Source: Longimicrobiales bacterium (lineage in GTDB: Bacteria; Gemmatimonadota; Gemmatimonadetes; Longimicrobiales; Gaopeijiaceae). From it: 64,000 nucleotides of DNA. The stretch is from contig OZ220732.1 in assembly GCA_965116905.1 (NCBI GenBank), forward strand, positions 384,001 through 448,000, in the 5' to 3' direction. The notes beneath the pieces are model-generated. The model made no database searches. It worked only from the letters and a program-made list of their open reading frames with translations, and was not told where the DNA came from. Below, piece after piece: positions 1 through 10,816 of this stretch; positions within the stretch are counted from its first letter, which is position 1; each line of letters starts with the position of its first letter. Made by a program: the position numbers and the translations under genes.

Positions 1-368
1 CGTCGAGTCTCCCCTTGCGGGCGGCCCTGGCGGCGTCGCTGGACCTCGCCGAGGCGATGGATCCGGCGAATGTGGCCGCGCGCGCACGCTACCTCTCCGA
101 CCACCTGAAGTCCCGTCTGACGGCCATGCGGGGCGTCACGATTCTCAGCGGGCCCACCCCGGCAACCTCGTGCCCCGGCTCCACGATCTTCGAGCAGGAG
201 GGCGTGGACGCGGTCGAGGCCGTGAGCCTCGTGGCCGAGCGTGGCCGAGTCCACATCGACGAGCATCAGCGCGATGGCCACAACGCCATCCGGATCTCGA
301 CCCACGTGTACAATACCACCGCCGAGATCGATCGCCTGGCCGAAGTCCTCGAAGGGCTCCCCGCCTGA
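1..368 (+). CDS. Class V PLP aminotransferase, C-terminal part (truncated at window edge)
   Basis: C-terminal IRISTHVYNTTAEIDRL is typical of the cysteine desulfurase/class V fold. Confidence 0.75.
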   Translation, partial: SSLPLRAALAASLDLAEAMDPANVAARARYLSDHLKSRLTAMRGVTILSGPTPATSCPGSTIFEQEGVDAVEAVSLVAERGRVHIDEHQRDGHNAIRISTHVYNTTAEIDRLAEVLEGLPA

Positions 369-403
369 TTCGATCCGTCACCCCACGCCAAGGAGCTGTC
401 CCG

Positions 404-1459
404 ATGTTCTCCTCAACGGTCCAACAAGTCCGTGGCACGGCGAGCCGGTGCATGCCGGCAGTCATCGCGTTCGCCTCGGCCGTGGCGCTCGCGTCCTGTG
501 AGATCCAGCCGATCCCGGACGAGTCCGCTTCGCAGATTCCGGTCCCCGACTTCACGCTCGGAACCGAGAACACGCATAACCGGTGGAGCGCAACGATCCC
601 TCCGCAGCTCACCGTCCCCTCCGGCGCCGTCGTCGAGGTGTGGACGAAGGAGGCTTCGGACGGCCAGATCACCGAGTCGACGGTCGTTGACGACCTCGCC
701 AATGTCGATTTCGGCCTGATCCATGCGCTGACGGGACCCATCTACGTTGAGGGCGCCAGCCCGGGCGACCTGTTGGCGGTGACCGTGCACGACGTCCAAG
801 TGGAAGGGTGGGGATGGGCGACGATCCTGCCCGGGTTCGGTTTTCTCGCCGATGAGTTCACCGAGCCGTGGATTCGCGGCTTCCCCATGGAGTCCGGCGC
901 CACCGAGGTCGCCTTCAACGAGAACATCACGATCCCCCTGGACCCGTTCGCGGGCGTGATGGGCGTCGCTCCCGCCACCGATTCCATGCTCGTGACCATT
1001 CCCCCGCGGGCCAACGGCGGCAACATGGACAACCGGCACATGAAGGCCGGCGCTACCGTGTACTTCCCGGTTCAGGTGGAGGGCGCGCTCTTCTCGGTCG
1101 GTGACGCGCACGCCACCCAGGGCGACGGCGAGGTCTCCGGCACCGCGATCGAGACCCCGATGCGGCTCGTGCTCGAAGTCGAGGTCATGGAAAACCCCCG
1201 CGGGATCGTCGAGCCCCAGTACGAGACCGACGACTTCTACGCCGTGACCGGCTTCGCCACGACGATCGACGAGGCGGCCCGCAAGGCGACCCGCTACATG
1301 ATCGACTATCTGGTCGCCGAACACGGACTCACCCGCAACGAGGCCTATGTGCTGTGTTCGCTGGTGGGCGACCTGAAGATCTCGGAGACGGTGGACGTGC
1401 CGCACATGCTGGTGAGCATGCACGTGCCGAAGGGGATTTTCGGGGCTCCCCAGGACTGA
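404..1459 (+). CDS. Acetamidase/formamidase family protein, probable lipoprotein
   Basis: HALTGPIYVEGA, GGNMDN and GDAHATQGDGEVSGTAIE motifs; AGGAG at 391-395 before ATG 404; lipobox-like ALASC. Confidence 0.88.
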   Translation: MFSSTVQQVRGTASRCMPAVIAFASAVALASCEIQPIPDESASQIPVPDFTLGTENTHNRWSATIPPQLTVPSGAVVEVWTKEASDGQITESTVVDDLANVDFGLIHALTGPIYVEGASPGDLLAVTVHDVQVEGWGWATILPGFGFLADEFTEPWIRGFPMESGATEVAFNENITIPLDPFAGVMGVAPATDSMLVTIPPRANGGNMDNRHMKAGATVYFPVQVEGALFSVGDAHATQGDGEVSGTAIETPMRLVLEVEVMENPRGIVEPQYETDDFYAVTGFATTIDEAARKATRYMIDYLVAEHGLTRNEAYVLCSLVGDLKISETVDVPHMLVSMHVPKGIFGAPQD

Positions 1460-1482
1460 GGGACCACGCCGGGTACGAGCCG

Positions 1483-4434
1483 TCAGCCCAAAGAGCCGCG
1501 GGTCGTGTCCGGCCGAATGGTGTCCCCGGCTGAAGTCCCGGCCGAGTCGGTTGCGGCCCCGGCCCCGGTATCGCCCGCCTGACCAGTACCGGCCGAGTCG
1601 GTGGCCACGCCCGGCTCAATCTCGCCGCCTGCGTCGGGATTTGCATCCGGATCTGCGTCGGTCGCGGGCTCACCCTCCCCCTCCGTGCCCTCCTGAAGCG
1701 TCACCGTCCGCACCTCGCCGCTCTCGGGGTCAATGGCCACAGCGGTCCGAATCATCGCCCGATCCGACAACATGCGGATGTTGGGCGCCAGTTCGGCGGG
1801 ACGCATGAAGTAGCGCTGACCCACCAGTTCGCCGGGTCGCAGGTGATGTTCCACGACCACAAGATCGAGGCTGGCGCTGACGCTGGCGCCCGCGCCGCTG
1901 CGGTCGAAGTCGAGGAGGATGCTCCCTTCAGGCGTGCCCCAGTACGTGATCTGCCCGGGGCGATCTCCGCCACGTATCGGCCTGCCGTTCACTGCGACCA
2001 GGGGCGGGCCCTGGGTGGGGAGGCGGAGTAGCAGCATCTCCGCGCCGACCTGGGACGAGACGCTCACGCGAACGACCCCGTCCGCGACCGTGGTGTCGCT
2101 GACAACCGCGACGGCGGGAGCGGGGAGGTCGACCGGGTCCGCCGGCGCGAGCGCGTAGGCGATGCCCCCGGGCGTGAGGTCGCTTTGCGACACCTCGCCG
2201 AACGCGCCCACCGCCGCGACTGCCCACGTGACGCCCGGGTCGGAGTCGTCCCGTGTGGGGTCGGTGCCCCAGTAGGCGGAGCCGGATTCCCGGTCGAGGG
2301 CGTACACGAGCGTCGAGGGGGCCGGACGGGCGGCAGACGGTGTGGCGGTCGACATCCCGACCGCGAGGAATGCGCCCGCGAGCACGAACCCCGCCACCGG
2401 CGCCCACCATCCGTTCGGCTCCCGCACCACGTCAAGCGCGGGAAAGACCAGGATGCAGACGAGCCATGCGAGCGCCACGATCGCCGGCGCCAGCGTCAGT
2501 CCCATGGCAAGCCAGACGCTTTCGGTAAGCGGGACCAGCACCGCGACAACGGGCAGCGTGGCCAGCAGGGCCACGAGCCAGCGCAGGGTTCCCATCCGCC
2601 CATCACCCGGCAGCCCCGCCACCGCAAAGGCTCCGACGCACCCCGCAAGAACCGGCCACTGAAGGTTGACCGCGGCCATCGGGAACATCACGGTCGCCAG
2701 GGCCGCCAGCACAGTGGGGACGAACAGAGCGCCCACCGTCAACTCCGATGGAGAACACCACCGGCGAACCAGCGGAAGCGTGGTGAGGACCAGCGCGAAC
2801 CCGAACGCCACGACGGCCAGCACGTACCAGCCTTCGCTGTGGAAGGAGCCCGCGTGGAGCGCGCCGACCTCGACGTGCGCGTCAACCCGCCACCCGTGGA
2901 GGTAGCCGGCCGCCACGGCCGTCAGGGCGAGACAGACCGCCGACGCCACGCAGCCGAGCAGCATTCTCGCCGGGCGTGCGCCACCGCGCTTCGCCAGGAA
3001 GAATGCCAGTGTCCAGAACGCGGCGGTCGCGAACCCGAGCACCCATATCCACAGCCGGCCGTACGTCACCAGACCCACGTACCTGATCGAGATGTAGCTG
3101 ACGTCCGGGGCGTTTACGGCCGCCAGCCCGGCATCTCCGAAGTGTCGGAGCATCGCGAGCGCGTGCGTGCCGTGGTGCTGCACCGTCGCCTCGGAGAGGT
3201 TCTCCGGCGAATCGTACGCCTGGTGGTACACGTGTGGCCGACCGACGCCCGCGAAGTTCAGCCCCTGCGTCCCGGCTTCCTTGAACGGTGTGAAGTCCGT
3301 GTCGTTCGGCATGCGCCGATAGATCTCGAACGCCACCGAATTCGCGGACGGATACGGATCCGCCTGGCGCAGCGCGTCGATCACCCAGCCGTTGGCCGCG
3401 CCCGTCTCGAACATCATCGAGGCGCCGCCGCCGCCGCGCATCTCGAACGACAGCACGACTGCTACGTCCTGCATCCACGGGTGTTCGTCGACGAAGGCGC
3501 GCGCGCCGAGAAGGCCGATCTCTTCGGCGTCGGTGAAAAGGACGATGAGGTCGTTGCGCAGGCCCGGCCCCGCGGCCAGCGCCCGCAGAGACTCCAGGAT
3601 CGCGGCCAGGCCCGAACCGTCGTCTGCCGCGCCGCGTGAAATCTCCCGGCTGTCGTAGTGGGCGGTGACCAGGACCGCCCGGCCACCCGCTTCGGATCCG
3701 GGAATACGCGCCAGCACGTTGCGCACGGTGGCCGCGGTCAAGGAACCGCCGTCCCCCGTGATCGACGTGGCGGTCTGGACGGTCGGCTCATGCCCCAGGC
3801 GTCGGAGTTCCTCCAGGAGGTACTCACGCACCGCGGCATGCGCCGGGGAACCGGGCGGATGCGCCTCGGCAGCGATCCGGTGCACATGCGCCATGGCGCG
3901 AGCCGACGAGAACACCGTGTCGGCCGCGCTCGCCGGGACCGGATCCGGCATCATGCCGCCCGAACGAGACAGCCACGCGGCGACAAGAAGCACCAGCAGC
4001 GTCACCGGCCCCCGCGCTCCCCTCCAGGGGGCGGAACTCACATCTCCCTTGCCGGCAGCCGACGCTCCCGCAGTCTCCCCGCGGGCCTCTTCAGCCCCCG
4101 GAGCCACGTCATCCCGCGCAGTCTTCCGCCGTGCTTCCTTCCGCGCGGACCACCGTCCAGCTCCACCCCCGCGGGCTCGCCGCGGCGCCTCACCGGGACC
4201 CGCGGCCGCCTTCCGGACCGCCGCCGGACGGGGCTTCGAGGCGGCTTCCGACTCCGCTGGCGGGTCTCCCGCGCCCCCGGAAGCGTCCCGTTCCGGCCCC
4301 GGGTCATCCGATTCCGATTCGCCGCCCCCTTCCTCGGCCTCCTTCGCGATCTCGCGCTCCAGCTCCTCGATTTCGTCCTCGCTGATCCCCAACTCCGCGA
4401 AGGATGGAATTCTGGGCAGCTTGTCGTCACTCAT
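1483..4434 (-). CDS. Membrane-bound M28 family metallopeptidase (ERMP1-like)
   Basis: TAHYDS, GAADDGSG, DAEEIGLLGA, NDTDF and YH motifs followed by multiple TM helices. Confidence 0.88.
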   Translation of the reverse strand: MSDDKLPRIPSFAELGISEDEIEELEREIAKEAEEGGGESESDDPGPERDASGGAGDPPAESEAASKPRPAAVRKAAAGPGEAPRRARGGGAGRWSARKEARRKTARDDVAPGAEEARGETAGASAAGKGDVSSAPWRGARGPVTLLVLLVAAWLSRSGGMMPDPVPASAADTVFSSARAMAHVHRIAAEAHPPGSPAHAAVREYLLEELRRLGHEPTVQTATSITGDGGSLTAATVRNVLARIPGSEAGGRAVLVTAHYDSREISRGAADDGSGLAAILESLRALAAGPGLRNDLIVLFTDAEEIGLLGARAFVDEHPWMQDVAVVLSFEMRGGGGASMMFETGAANGWVIDALRQADPYPSANSVAFEIYRRMPNDTDFTPFKEAGTQGLNFAGVGRPHVYHQAYDSPENLSEATVQHHGTHALAMLRHFGDAGLAAVNAPDVSYISIRYVGLVTYGRLWIWVLGFATAAFWTLAFFLAKRGGARPARMLLGCVASAVCLALTAVAAGYLHGWRVDAHVEVGALHAGSFHSEGWYVLAVVAFGFALVLTTLPLVRRWCSPSELTVGALFVPTVLAALATVMFPMAAVNLQWPVLAGCVGAFAVAGLPGDGRMGTLRWLVALLATLPVVAVLVPLTESVWLAMGLTLAPAIVALAWLVCILVFPALDVVREPNGWWAPVAGFVLAGAFLAVGMSTATPSAARPAPSTLVYALDRESGSAYWGTDPTRDDSDPGVTWAVAAVGAFGEVSQSDLTPGGIAYALAPADPVDLPAPAVAVVSDTTVADGVVRVSVSSQVGAEMLLLRLPTQGPPLVAVNGRPIRGGDRPGQITYWGTPEGSILLDFDRSGAGASVSASLDLVVVEHHLRPGELVGQRYFMRPAELAPNIRMLSDRAMIRTAVAIDPESGEVRTVTLQEGTEGEGEPATDADPDANPDAGGEIEPGVATDSAGTGQAGDTGAGAATDSAGTSAGDTIRPDTTRGSLG

Positions 4435-4528
4435 GGTCCTGGTGTCCGCTGGATTCCTGGCGTCCCGCTGCTCGCACTCCCCGGCCAGTCACCCTACGGT
4501 GGACTACCCCGGCCGGGCTTCAAGGCGA

Positions 4529-5986
4529 CTACAATGGGCCATCCCCCCACGGTCCCCACAAGGCATAGGTCCCGCTCGGCCGGCGGCCCCCGCGCTCCCG
4601 GGAACCCTGCACGTTGAAGAACATCACCCGCCCGTCGGGGCTGAAGCACGACCCCGCAAACTCGCCCGGCTGCGGCGCGCCCTCCGGCCGCGGCGCCCGC
4701 ACCAGGTTGACGATCTTGCCTTCGCGGTCCAGTCCCCGGACGAACTGGTCGTCCTCGCCGTCCTCACACATCACCAGCCCGCCCCGCGGACTCAGTACGA
4801 TGTTGTCGGGACTGTCGAGGACTTCCTTGGAGGGCGACTCGAAGACGAGGGTCAGTTCGCCACGATCCATCGACGTGGGCCGGTAGTGGAAGACCTGTCC
4901 GGCCCGGGCATCACCGCCGTTGGTCGACACTACGTAGATGCCCTCGTCGCCGTGGAACGCGCCCTCCAGCCGCGCGAACCGCGCCGCGCCCCTGGCGACG
5001 CCCTGTCTGAACACGGCCAGCCGGTCCTCCTCGGCGTTGGCCGGGTCCGGGTCGTCGATGTCGACCCAGTGCGCCGGCAGCACCTCGCCCGGCGTCTGGC
5101 CCCGCGCAGTCAGATATTCCGGCTGGCCCGTCACCGCCATCATCTGCAGCCTGCCGCCCGCGGCGAGCACGCCCGGCTGGTCCGGGATGAAGCGATAGAG
5201 TCCGGCCCCGGGCAGGCGGTCGGGCACGTACCATGTGTCCTCGGTCTCGTAGACGATGCCCGTGTCCGGATCCACCGCCACGGCCTCGTGAATGAACCGC
5301 CCCATGGCCTTCAGCGGCACGGGGTCGACCGGACCGGTGGCGTCCGCGGGCACTTCGAAGATGTAGCCGTGCGGCTTGCCGAATCCGGCGTCCGGCCCGT
5401 CCGTGATCTCCTCGCAGGAGAGCCAGCTCCCCCAGGGTGTGGGACCTCCGGCGCAGTTCACCCGGGTCCCCGCCAGCGACACGAATTCGTCCACCAGCTC
5501 CACCGCCAGGTCACCGTTCCGCTCCGAAACGCGCACCTCCAGCGATGTCGTGCCCCCCGCACCCCGGTCATCGTAATAGGGCGCACCGATCGCTTGCGCC
5601 CCGTCGGCGTCGTCGACCATCTCGTGGTTGCGGATGAGACGCACGTTCCCGTTGGGAAGCGGAAAGGCGGCCATGCCGTCGAATGCGTTGGGGACGGTGA
5701 GGCCATCCCGGACCGACGACGGCACGCCGCCCGAGCTGATTCTCACGCAGCGAAAGCTCTCCGGGATTTCCAGTTCGGGGCAATCGACGCTCGGCACCAG
5801 TTCACCATAGGGCTTGATGAAGGGACCCGAGGCGGCGGCCTCCCCCCGGGCACCTCCGGCGCGCATGGGTCTGTGCTGGGCGCCGGCGCGGCTGTGGATG
5901 GCGAGTCCGGCGAGCGAGGGCGTCAGTATGGCCCCTCCGCTCGCCGTGGCAAACCTCTTGAGGAAGGTACGGCGGGCTATTGTCAT
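4529..5986 (-). CDS. phoX: PhoX-type (DUF839) alkaline phosphatase, Tat-exported
   Basis: ARRTFLK twin-Arg signal; RNHE, NCAGG.TPWG.WLSCEE, GRFIHEA, RLEG and PDNI motifs. Confidence 0.85.
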   Translation of the reverse strand: MTIARRTFLKRFATASGGAILTPSLAGLAIHSRAGAQHRPMRAGGARGEAAASGPFIKPYGELVPSVDCPELEIPESFRCVRISSGGVPSSVRDGLTVPNAFDGMAAFPLPNGNVRLIRNHEMVDDADGAQAIGAPYYDDRGAGGTTSLEVRVSERNGDLAVELVDEFVSLAGTRVNCAGGPTPWGSWLSCEEITDGPDAGFGKPHGYIFEVPADATGPVDPVPLKAMGRFIHEAVAVDPDTGIVYETEDTWYVPDRLPGAGLYRFIPDQPGVLAAGGRLQMMAVTGQPEYLTARGQTPGEVLPAHWVDIDDPDPANAEEDRLAVFRQGVARGAARFARLEGAFHGDEGIYVVSTNGGDARAGQVFHYRPTSMDRGELTLVFESPSKEVLDSPDNIVLSPRGGLVMCEDGEDDQFVRGLDREGKIVNLVRAPRPEGAPQPGEFAGSCFSPDGRVMFFNVQGSRERGGRRPSGTYALWGPWGDGPL

Positions 5987-6209
5987 TTGGGGGACTCCGC
6001 GTCCATTTGGGGCAACTCCGCGTCGTTTGCGGTTGAGGGGCCAGCGACCTCTCGGCCGGCGAGTGTTCACGAGACGCGCACGACACCCGCACCGTTCAAG
6101 CTGGACAGACGGAAAATACCCTGCAAGAAGCACGGTTGTTTCGGAAAGCGTAGCGAGTCCGTACCTTTTCTGTCCGCAATGCCCCCGCAGTGCAAAGGCA
6201 GGCAGAGGA

Positions 6210-7376
6210 ATGCTCGTACAGAACCGCCGCGATTTTCTGAAAGCCACCGCGGCCGCCGCAGGGGCCTTCGGCCTCGGCGCGGCTTGCGCCCCATACGCAG
6301 ACCAGGGTGACGGCTCCCCCGCCCCCATGACCATCCTGGTCCTGGGCGGCACCGGGTTCATCGGCCCCCACATGGTCGAGTACGCGGTGTCACGGGGACA
6401 CACCGTCTCGCTCTTCAACCGCGGCCGCACCAACACCCACCTCTTCCCCGACCTCGAAAAGCTCGTCGGCGACCGGGACGGCGACCTCGCCGCGCTGGAG
6501 GGCCGGCGCTGGGACGCGGTCATCGACAACTCGGGTTTCTTCCCCCGGCACGTGCGCGACTCGGCCACGCTGCTCGCCGACTCGGGCCGCTACATGTTCG
6601 TGTCGTCCATTTCCGCCTACAAGGACCTGACCCCTCACGGCATCACCGAGGACTACGAGGTCGGACGGATGGAGGACCCCACGGTCGAGGAGATGACCAA
6701 CACCACCTATGGCCCCCTCAAGGCCCTGTGTGAAGAGGCCGTTCAGGAGATCTTCGGCGAACGGGCGAACATCGTGCGCCCCGGCTACATCGTAGGGCCC
6801 GGCGACGGCAGCGACCGGTGGACCTATTGGCCGGTGCGCGTGGCGGCGGGTGGCGACATGGTCGTGCCCGGTCTGCCCGAGGACCCGGTCCAGTTCATCG
6901 ACGCCCGCGACCTTGGCGGGTGGATGGTGCGCATGTTGGAGAACGAAGTCGGCGGCGTGTTCAACGGGGTGGGCCCGGCCGAGTCCGTGAATATGCGTCA
7001 GATGGTGGAGGCTTGCCGGGACGTGAGCGGCAGCGACACCGCGTTTCACTGGGTCGACGCCGATTTCGTCGAGGATCAGGGCTGCATGTTCCCCATATGG
7101 AACCCCACGACGGGAGACTGGGGCGGCGCGCACCTGGTCGACCATTCCCGTTCGATTGCGGCCGGGTACACGAGCCGCCCGATCGCCGACACGATCCGCG
7201 ATACGCTGGCGTGGTGGAACGGACTGACCGATGAGGACCGGCCCGGCGGCGGAATGCGGAGCGGCTTGCGCAAACGGCCCGAGCCGGGCTCCGAAATGCG
7301 GCCGGGTCCCGTGACGATCGAGGAGATGATGGAAATCGAGGCGGCACTGCTCGAGGCCTGGGCAGCGCGTGCTTAG
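6210..7376 (+). CDS. NAD(P)-dependent epimerase/dehydratase (SDR-like) with Tat-like leader
   Basis: NRRDFLK; GGTGFIG; YGPLK; RPGYIVGP. Confidence 0.85.
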   Translation: MLVQNRRDFLKATAAAAGAFGLGAACAPYADQGDGSPAPMTILVLGGTGFIGPHMVEYAVSRGHTVSLFNRGRTNTHLFPDLEKLVGDRDGDLAALEGRRWDAVIDNSGFFPRHVRDSATLLADSGRYMFVSSISAYKDLTPHGITEDYEVGRMEDPTVEEMTNTTYGPLKALCEEAVQEIFGERANIVRPGYIVGPGDGSDRWTYWPVRVAAGGDMVVPGLPEDPVQFIDARDLGGWMVRMLENEVGGVFNGVGPAESVNMRQMVEACRDVSGSDTAFHWVDADFVEDQGCMFPIWNPTTGDWGGAHLVDHSRSIAAGYTSRPIADTIRDTLAWWNGLTDEDRPGGGMRSGLRKRPEPGSEMRPGPVTIEEMMEIEAALLEAWAARA

Positions 7377-7399
7377 GAACAGACGAGGAGAAGGCTGAC

Positions 7400-7747
7400 A
7401 TGGAGGTGAACTGGTCGCGGAACGAAGGTGTGCTGATCGCGAAGCCCGTGGGGCGCATCTTCAGTTCGAACTACCTGGAATGGCAGAGTGAACTCGAGTC
7501 CGGCATCAAGCCGGGCGACAATGCGATGGTGGTCGATTTCGAGCAGGTCCCGTACCTCAGCAGCGCGGGATTGCGCGTTCTGTTGACCACCGCCAGGCAG
7601 TTCGACGGACCCGACCAGGCGTTCGGCATTTCCACCCTCACCCGCGCGGTGCGCAAGGTGCTGGCCGCCAGCGGCTTCGATCAGATGATCACCGTGTACG
7701 AATCCGAGGCGGCGGCCGTCGCCGCGATCAACGGCAGCCGCTCCTAG
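7400..7747 (+). CDS. STAS-domain anti-sigma factor antagonist
   Basis: VDFEQVPYLSSAGLRVLL with the conserved phospho-Ser; GAGGAG RBS. Confidence 0.88.
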   Translation: MEVNWSRNEGVLIAKPVGRIFSSNYLEWQSELESGIKPGDNAMVVDFEQVPYLSSAGLRVLLTTARQFDGPDQAFGISTLTRAVRKVLAASGFDQMITVYESEAAAVAAINGSRS

Positions 7748-7753
7748 CCGGGC

Positions 7754-8605
7754 CTAGTCGGGCCCGGCCCCGGCCTTCCAGCGGTCGTACCGCATTCTCA
7801 GGGTGACCACCGGGTTGGCGTTCTCGCCCTCCTCGATGTTCTCGTCGGTGACGTCGATAAAGAGCGAATACTCGCCGTCGTTGAACGACTCCCCTTCCGG
7901 ATCGTCCGCGTTCGCCACGAGGATGTAGGCCACGTGTGAGGTCTTGCCGTCGCAGGGGACGTGGTCGAGTACCGGCTCCGATTCGCAGGTACAGCGACCG
8001 TCGCCACCCGCCGCATCAGCGGCCTCCATCGCGGCCATGACCCGGTCGGCCATTGTGCCGCCCTCGGATTTGAACGCCTCGACCGCCAGGTGCACCACGT
8101 CGTCCGAGGCCAGGATGTTGCCCTGCACCGAGAAATGGATCCCCGCATCGGGAACGCTGTCGGCCACGGCCAGCGACGCCTCCCGGTTGCCGCTCCCCGA
8201 GTGGCCCGCACAGCGTCCCTGCAGGTCCACGATCCCGAACTGGCGGCTTTCGAAATCCGGATCCTCCGAGAGCATCTCGATGATCTCTTCGGGTGCCGTG
8301 CCCGCCCTGAGTTCCCGGTAGATCAGTTCCTGGTTGGCACGCGTGCGATCGACTCCGGCCTGCGCCGCCGCGACCGCCACCCCCGGCACCACGATGGCCT
8401 GAATGTCCATCAGGCCCTTGGCCGGGAATCTGGGGAACCGCCCCTGCGCCACGCACGTCGCCGACGCGATCACCACCTGTCCGGTGCGCGTATCGATCGC
8501 AATCACGGACCACGTGGCGGATAGCAACGCGGGGAAAAGCGCGAGCACAACGAGCGAAGCGAGCAGGCCGCGGGCTTGCCGTCCCAAACCGTAGCGGGTC
8601 ATCAT
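7754..8605 (-). CDS. DUF1028 (Ntn-hydrolase-like) exported protein
   Basis: Signal peptide then [21 protein letters not shown] and GGDGRC motifs. Confidence 0.8.
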   Translation of the reverse strand: MMTRYGLGRQARGLLASLVVLALFPALLSATWSVIAIDTRTGQVVIASATCVAQGRFPRFPAKGLMDIQAIVVPGVAVAAAQAGVDRTRANQELIYRELRAGTAPEEIIEMLSEDPDFESRQFGIVDLQGRCAGHSGSGNREASLAVADSVPDAGIHFSVQGNILASDDVVHLAVEAFKSEGGTMADRVMAAMEAADAAGGDGRCTCESEPVLDHVPCDGKTSHVAYILVANADDPEGESFNDGEYSLFIDVTDENIEEGENANPVVTLRMRYDRWKAGAGPD

Positions 8606-8732
8606 AACCTCCGTTTTGGCGTTCTTGAGTCGACAAACGTTCGAGAACGGAACCGGTCGCGCAAGGCGGCCCCGCACTCACACCGGCCGGAAAGCCGCAG
8701 CGCTCGGCCCCCCGGCCAGGGAGCAGCTAGAG

Positions 8733-10220
8733 GTGTCCGACAAGATCACTCGCAGAACCTTCGTCGACCACGGGTCCAGGCTCGCCATGGGCGCGATGAT
8801 CGTCCCTCGCCACGTGCTGGGCGGCCCGGGATACCAGGCGCCGTCCGACCGCCTCAACATCGCGATCATCGGAGTCGGCGGGCAGGGCACCGAGAACGCC
8901 CAGGAGTTCGGGACCGAGCACATCGCCGCGATCTGCGACGTGGACTTCGGCGTCGTGCACAGACGTGTCCAGGAGCGCATGACCGATGGCGACGGCAATC
9001 CACGCGAAAAAGGCTACCGCTGGCGCGACCAGTTCTTCGAAGCCCGCCAGTACACGGACTTCCGCGAGTTGCTGGACCGCGAGGACGACCTCGACGCAGT
9101 CCTCGTCGCCACCCCCGATCACCTCCACGCCCCCATCGCGAAGGCTGCGATGGAAGCGGGCAAGCACATCTTCGTCGAGAAGCCGCTGACCTACACCGTC
9201 CACGAGGCTCGCGCGCTCGCCGAGATCGCACAGCGCACAGGCGTCGTCACCCAGATGGGGAACCAGGGCCATTCGGGAGACAGCGCGCGCCTTGTCAACG
9301 AGTGGGTCCAGGCCGGGGTCATCGGCGACGTGACCGAGGTGCACATCTGGACCAACCGGCCGATCTGGCCGCAGGGGATCCATCGTCCGGAGCGCTGGGA
9401 GGAAGGACTGAACCCCGGCTGGTACCAGCAGTGGCACCAGGGCGCGATCCTGTCGGTGGCGGCGGACGTCATGGACGCCGGCTACGCCCTGCCCGAGGGC
9501 ATGGACTGGGACCTCTACCTGGGGCCGACCACGAAGGAGATCCCCTACCATCCCATCTACCACCCCTTCAACTGGCGCGGCTGGGTCGACTTCGGGGTCA
9601 GCGCGCTCGGCGACATGGGCGCGCACCTGGTCGACCACCCCTACTGGGCCCTCGGCCTCACCTACCCGACCACCGTCGAGGCCACCTCCACCCCCTGGGG
9701 CGGCCCGCAGGACGATCCCGCTTCCTTCCCGCTGGCCATGCGCGCGCACTACGAGTTCCCGGCCCGCGGCTCCATGCCGGCGCTCGACCTGCACTGGTAC
9801 GACGGCGGCCTCATGCCCCCCCGCCCGTCCGCACTTCCCGACGACGTCGACCTCAACCGCACGGGCGGCGTCATGTTCGTCGGCGACCGCGGCATCCTGA
9901 TGCACGGCACCTATGGCCGGAATCCCCGGCTCTTCCCCGAGTCGCTGGCCGCCGAAGCCGCAGAGGTCCCCCAGACCCAGCCGCGGATCGAGGAGACCCA
10001 CCAGATGAACTGGGTGAAGGCCTGCAAGGAGGGCGGCGAGGCGTCATGCCCCTTCGACTACGCGTCCCGTCTGACCGAGGTCATGCTCCTGGGGATCGTC
10101 GCGCTCCGCACCGGACAGGGGAAGAAGATCCGCTATGACGCGGACGCGATGCGCGTGACGAACGTCGAGGAGGCCAACCGGTATCTGACGCGCGAGTATC
10201 GGGCGGGCTGGGAGGTCTGA
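8733..10220 (+). CDS. Gfo/Idh/MocA oxidoreductase with Tat-like leader
   Basis: [33 protein letters not shown]. Confidence 0.9.
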   Translation: MSDKITRRTFVDHGSRLAMGAMIVPRHVLGGPGYQAPSDRLNIAIIGVGGQGTENAQEFGTEHIAAICDVDFGVVHRRVQERMTDGDGNPREKGYRWRDQFFEARQYTDFRELLDREDDLDAVLVATPDHLHAPIAKAAMEAGKHIFVEKPLTYTVHEARALAEIAQRTGVVTQMGNQGHSGDSARLVNEWVQAGVIGDVTEVHIWTNRPIWPQGIHRPERWEEGLNPGWYQQWHQGAILSVAADVMDAGYALPEGMDWDLYLGPTTKEIPYHPIYHPFNWRGWVDFGVSALGDMGAHLVDHPYWALGLTYPTTVEATSTPWGGPQDDPASFPLAMRAHYEFPARGSMPALDLHWYDGGLMPPRPSALPDDVDLNRTGGVMFVGDRGILMHGTYGRNPRLFPESLAAEAAEVPQTQPRIEETHQMNWVKACKEGGEASCPFDYASRLTEVMLLGIVALRTGQGKKIRYDADAMRVTNVEEANRYLTREYRAGWEV

Positions 10221-10260
10221 GGCTCGCGGGCTCCGGGTAGGCCCGTCGTACCGACCGGTA

Positions 10261-10302
10261 TTGACAGGTATGGTAGATTACATATATCGTATATTGACGA
10301 TA
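10261..10302 (+). promoter_or_regulatory. arsR promoter with overlapping inverted-repeat operator
   Basis: TTGACA at 10261-10266; AT-rich -10 region overlapped by TATCGT-N6-ACGATA (10285-10302). Confidence 0.7.
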
Positions 10303-10339
10303 AACGATCTCACCACGCAAACGGGAGAACGGGAGACCG

Positions 10340-10678
10340 ATGGGAGTCACCAGAACACGCAAGACCGGCTTTGCTGCCGAGGTCGTTCGGACCGCGCGTT
10401 GGGGGAGGGCGCTCGCGCACCCCGCCCGCGTGACGATTCTGACCTTGCTTGCCGAGCGGCGAACGTGCGTGTGCGGTGAGATCGTGGACGACCTTCCCCT
10501 GGCGCAGTCGACCGTCTCCCAGCATCTGCGGGTGCTTCGCGAGGAAGGCCTGATCAAGGGAGAAGTGGATGGAACGCGATCATGCTATTGCATCGACGCG
10601 GAACAGGTCCGGGCCATGATGGCGGACCTCGGTCGGCTCGGCGCCAGCCTGGCGCGGGAGGCAGCCTGTGACTGCTGA
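10340..10678 (+). CDS. arsR: ArsR/SmtB metalloregulator
   Basis: [34 protein letters not shown] and C-terminal CDC. Confidence 0.9.
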   Translation: MGVTRTRKTGFAAEVVRTARWGRALAHPARVTILTLLAERRTCVCGEIVDDLPLAQSTVSQHLRVLREEGLIKGEVDGTRSCYCIDAEQVRAMMADLGRLGASLAREAACDC

Positions 10679-10726
10679 CCGGATGAAAGCAGGACCAACA
10701 CGTCAACCCCAATCATGGAGGACACG

Positions 10727-10786
10727 ATGACAAACGTCTGCGGTTGTTGCTGCGACGGCGGCTGTTGCTGCGGCCCCTGCTGCTGA
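10727..10786 (+). CDS. Cys-rich micropeptide MTNVCGCCCDGGCCCGPCC (candidate metal/metalloid-binding peptide)
   Basis: GGAGG RBS 5 nt before ATG; 9 of 19 codons are Cys; lies between arsR and a hairpin; in-frame alternative ATG at 10715. Confidence 0.7.
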   Translation: MTNVCGCCCDGGCCCGPCC

Positions 10787-10816
10787 GCGACCCCGGCAAG
10801 CTTCCGACGCTTCAAA

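Noticed and set aside
6103..6175. GGACAGA...TCTGTCC inverted pair as a riboswitch or ncRNA
   Set aside because: Short, imperfect pairing with no family consensus I recognise; would need an Infernal/Rfam scan.
10727..10786. Cys-rich peptide as a RiPP precursor
   Set aside because: No leader region and no radical SAM, lanthipeptide or other modifying enzyme nearby; the ArsR context favours metal binding.
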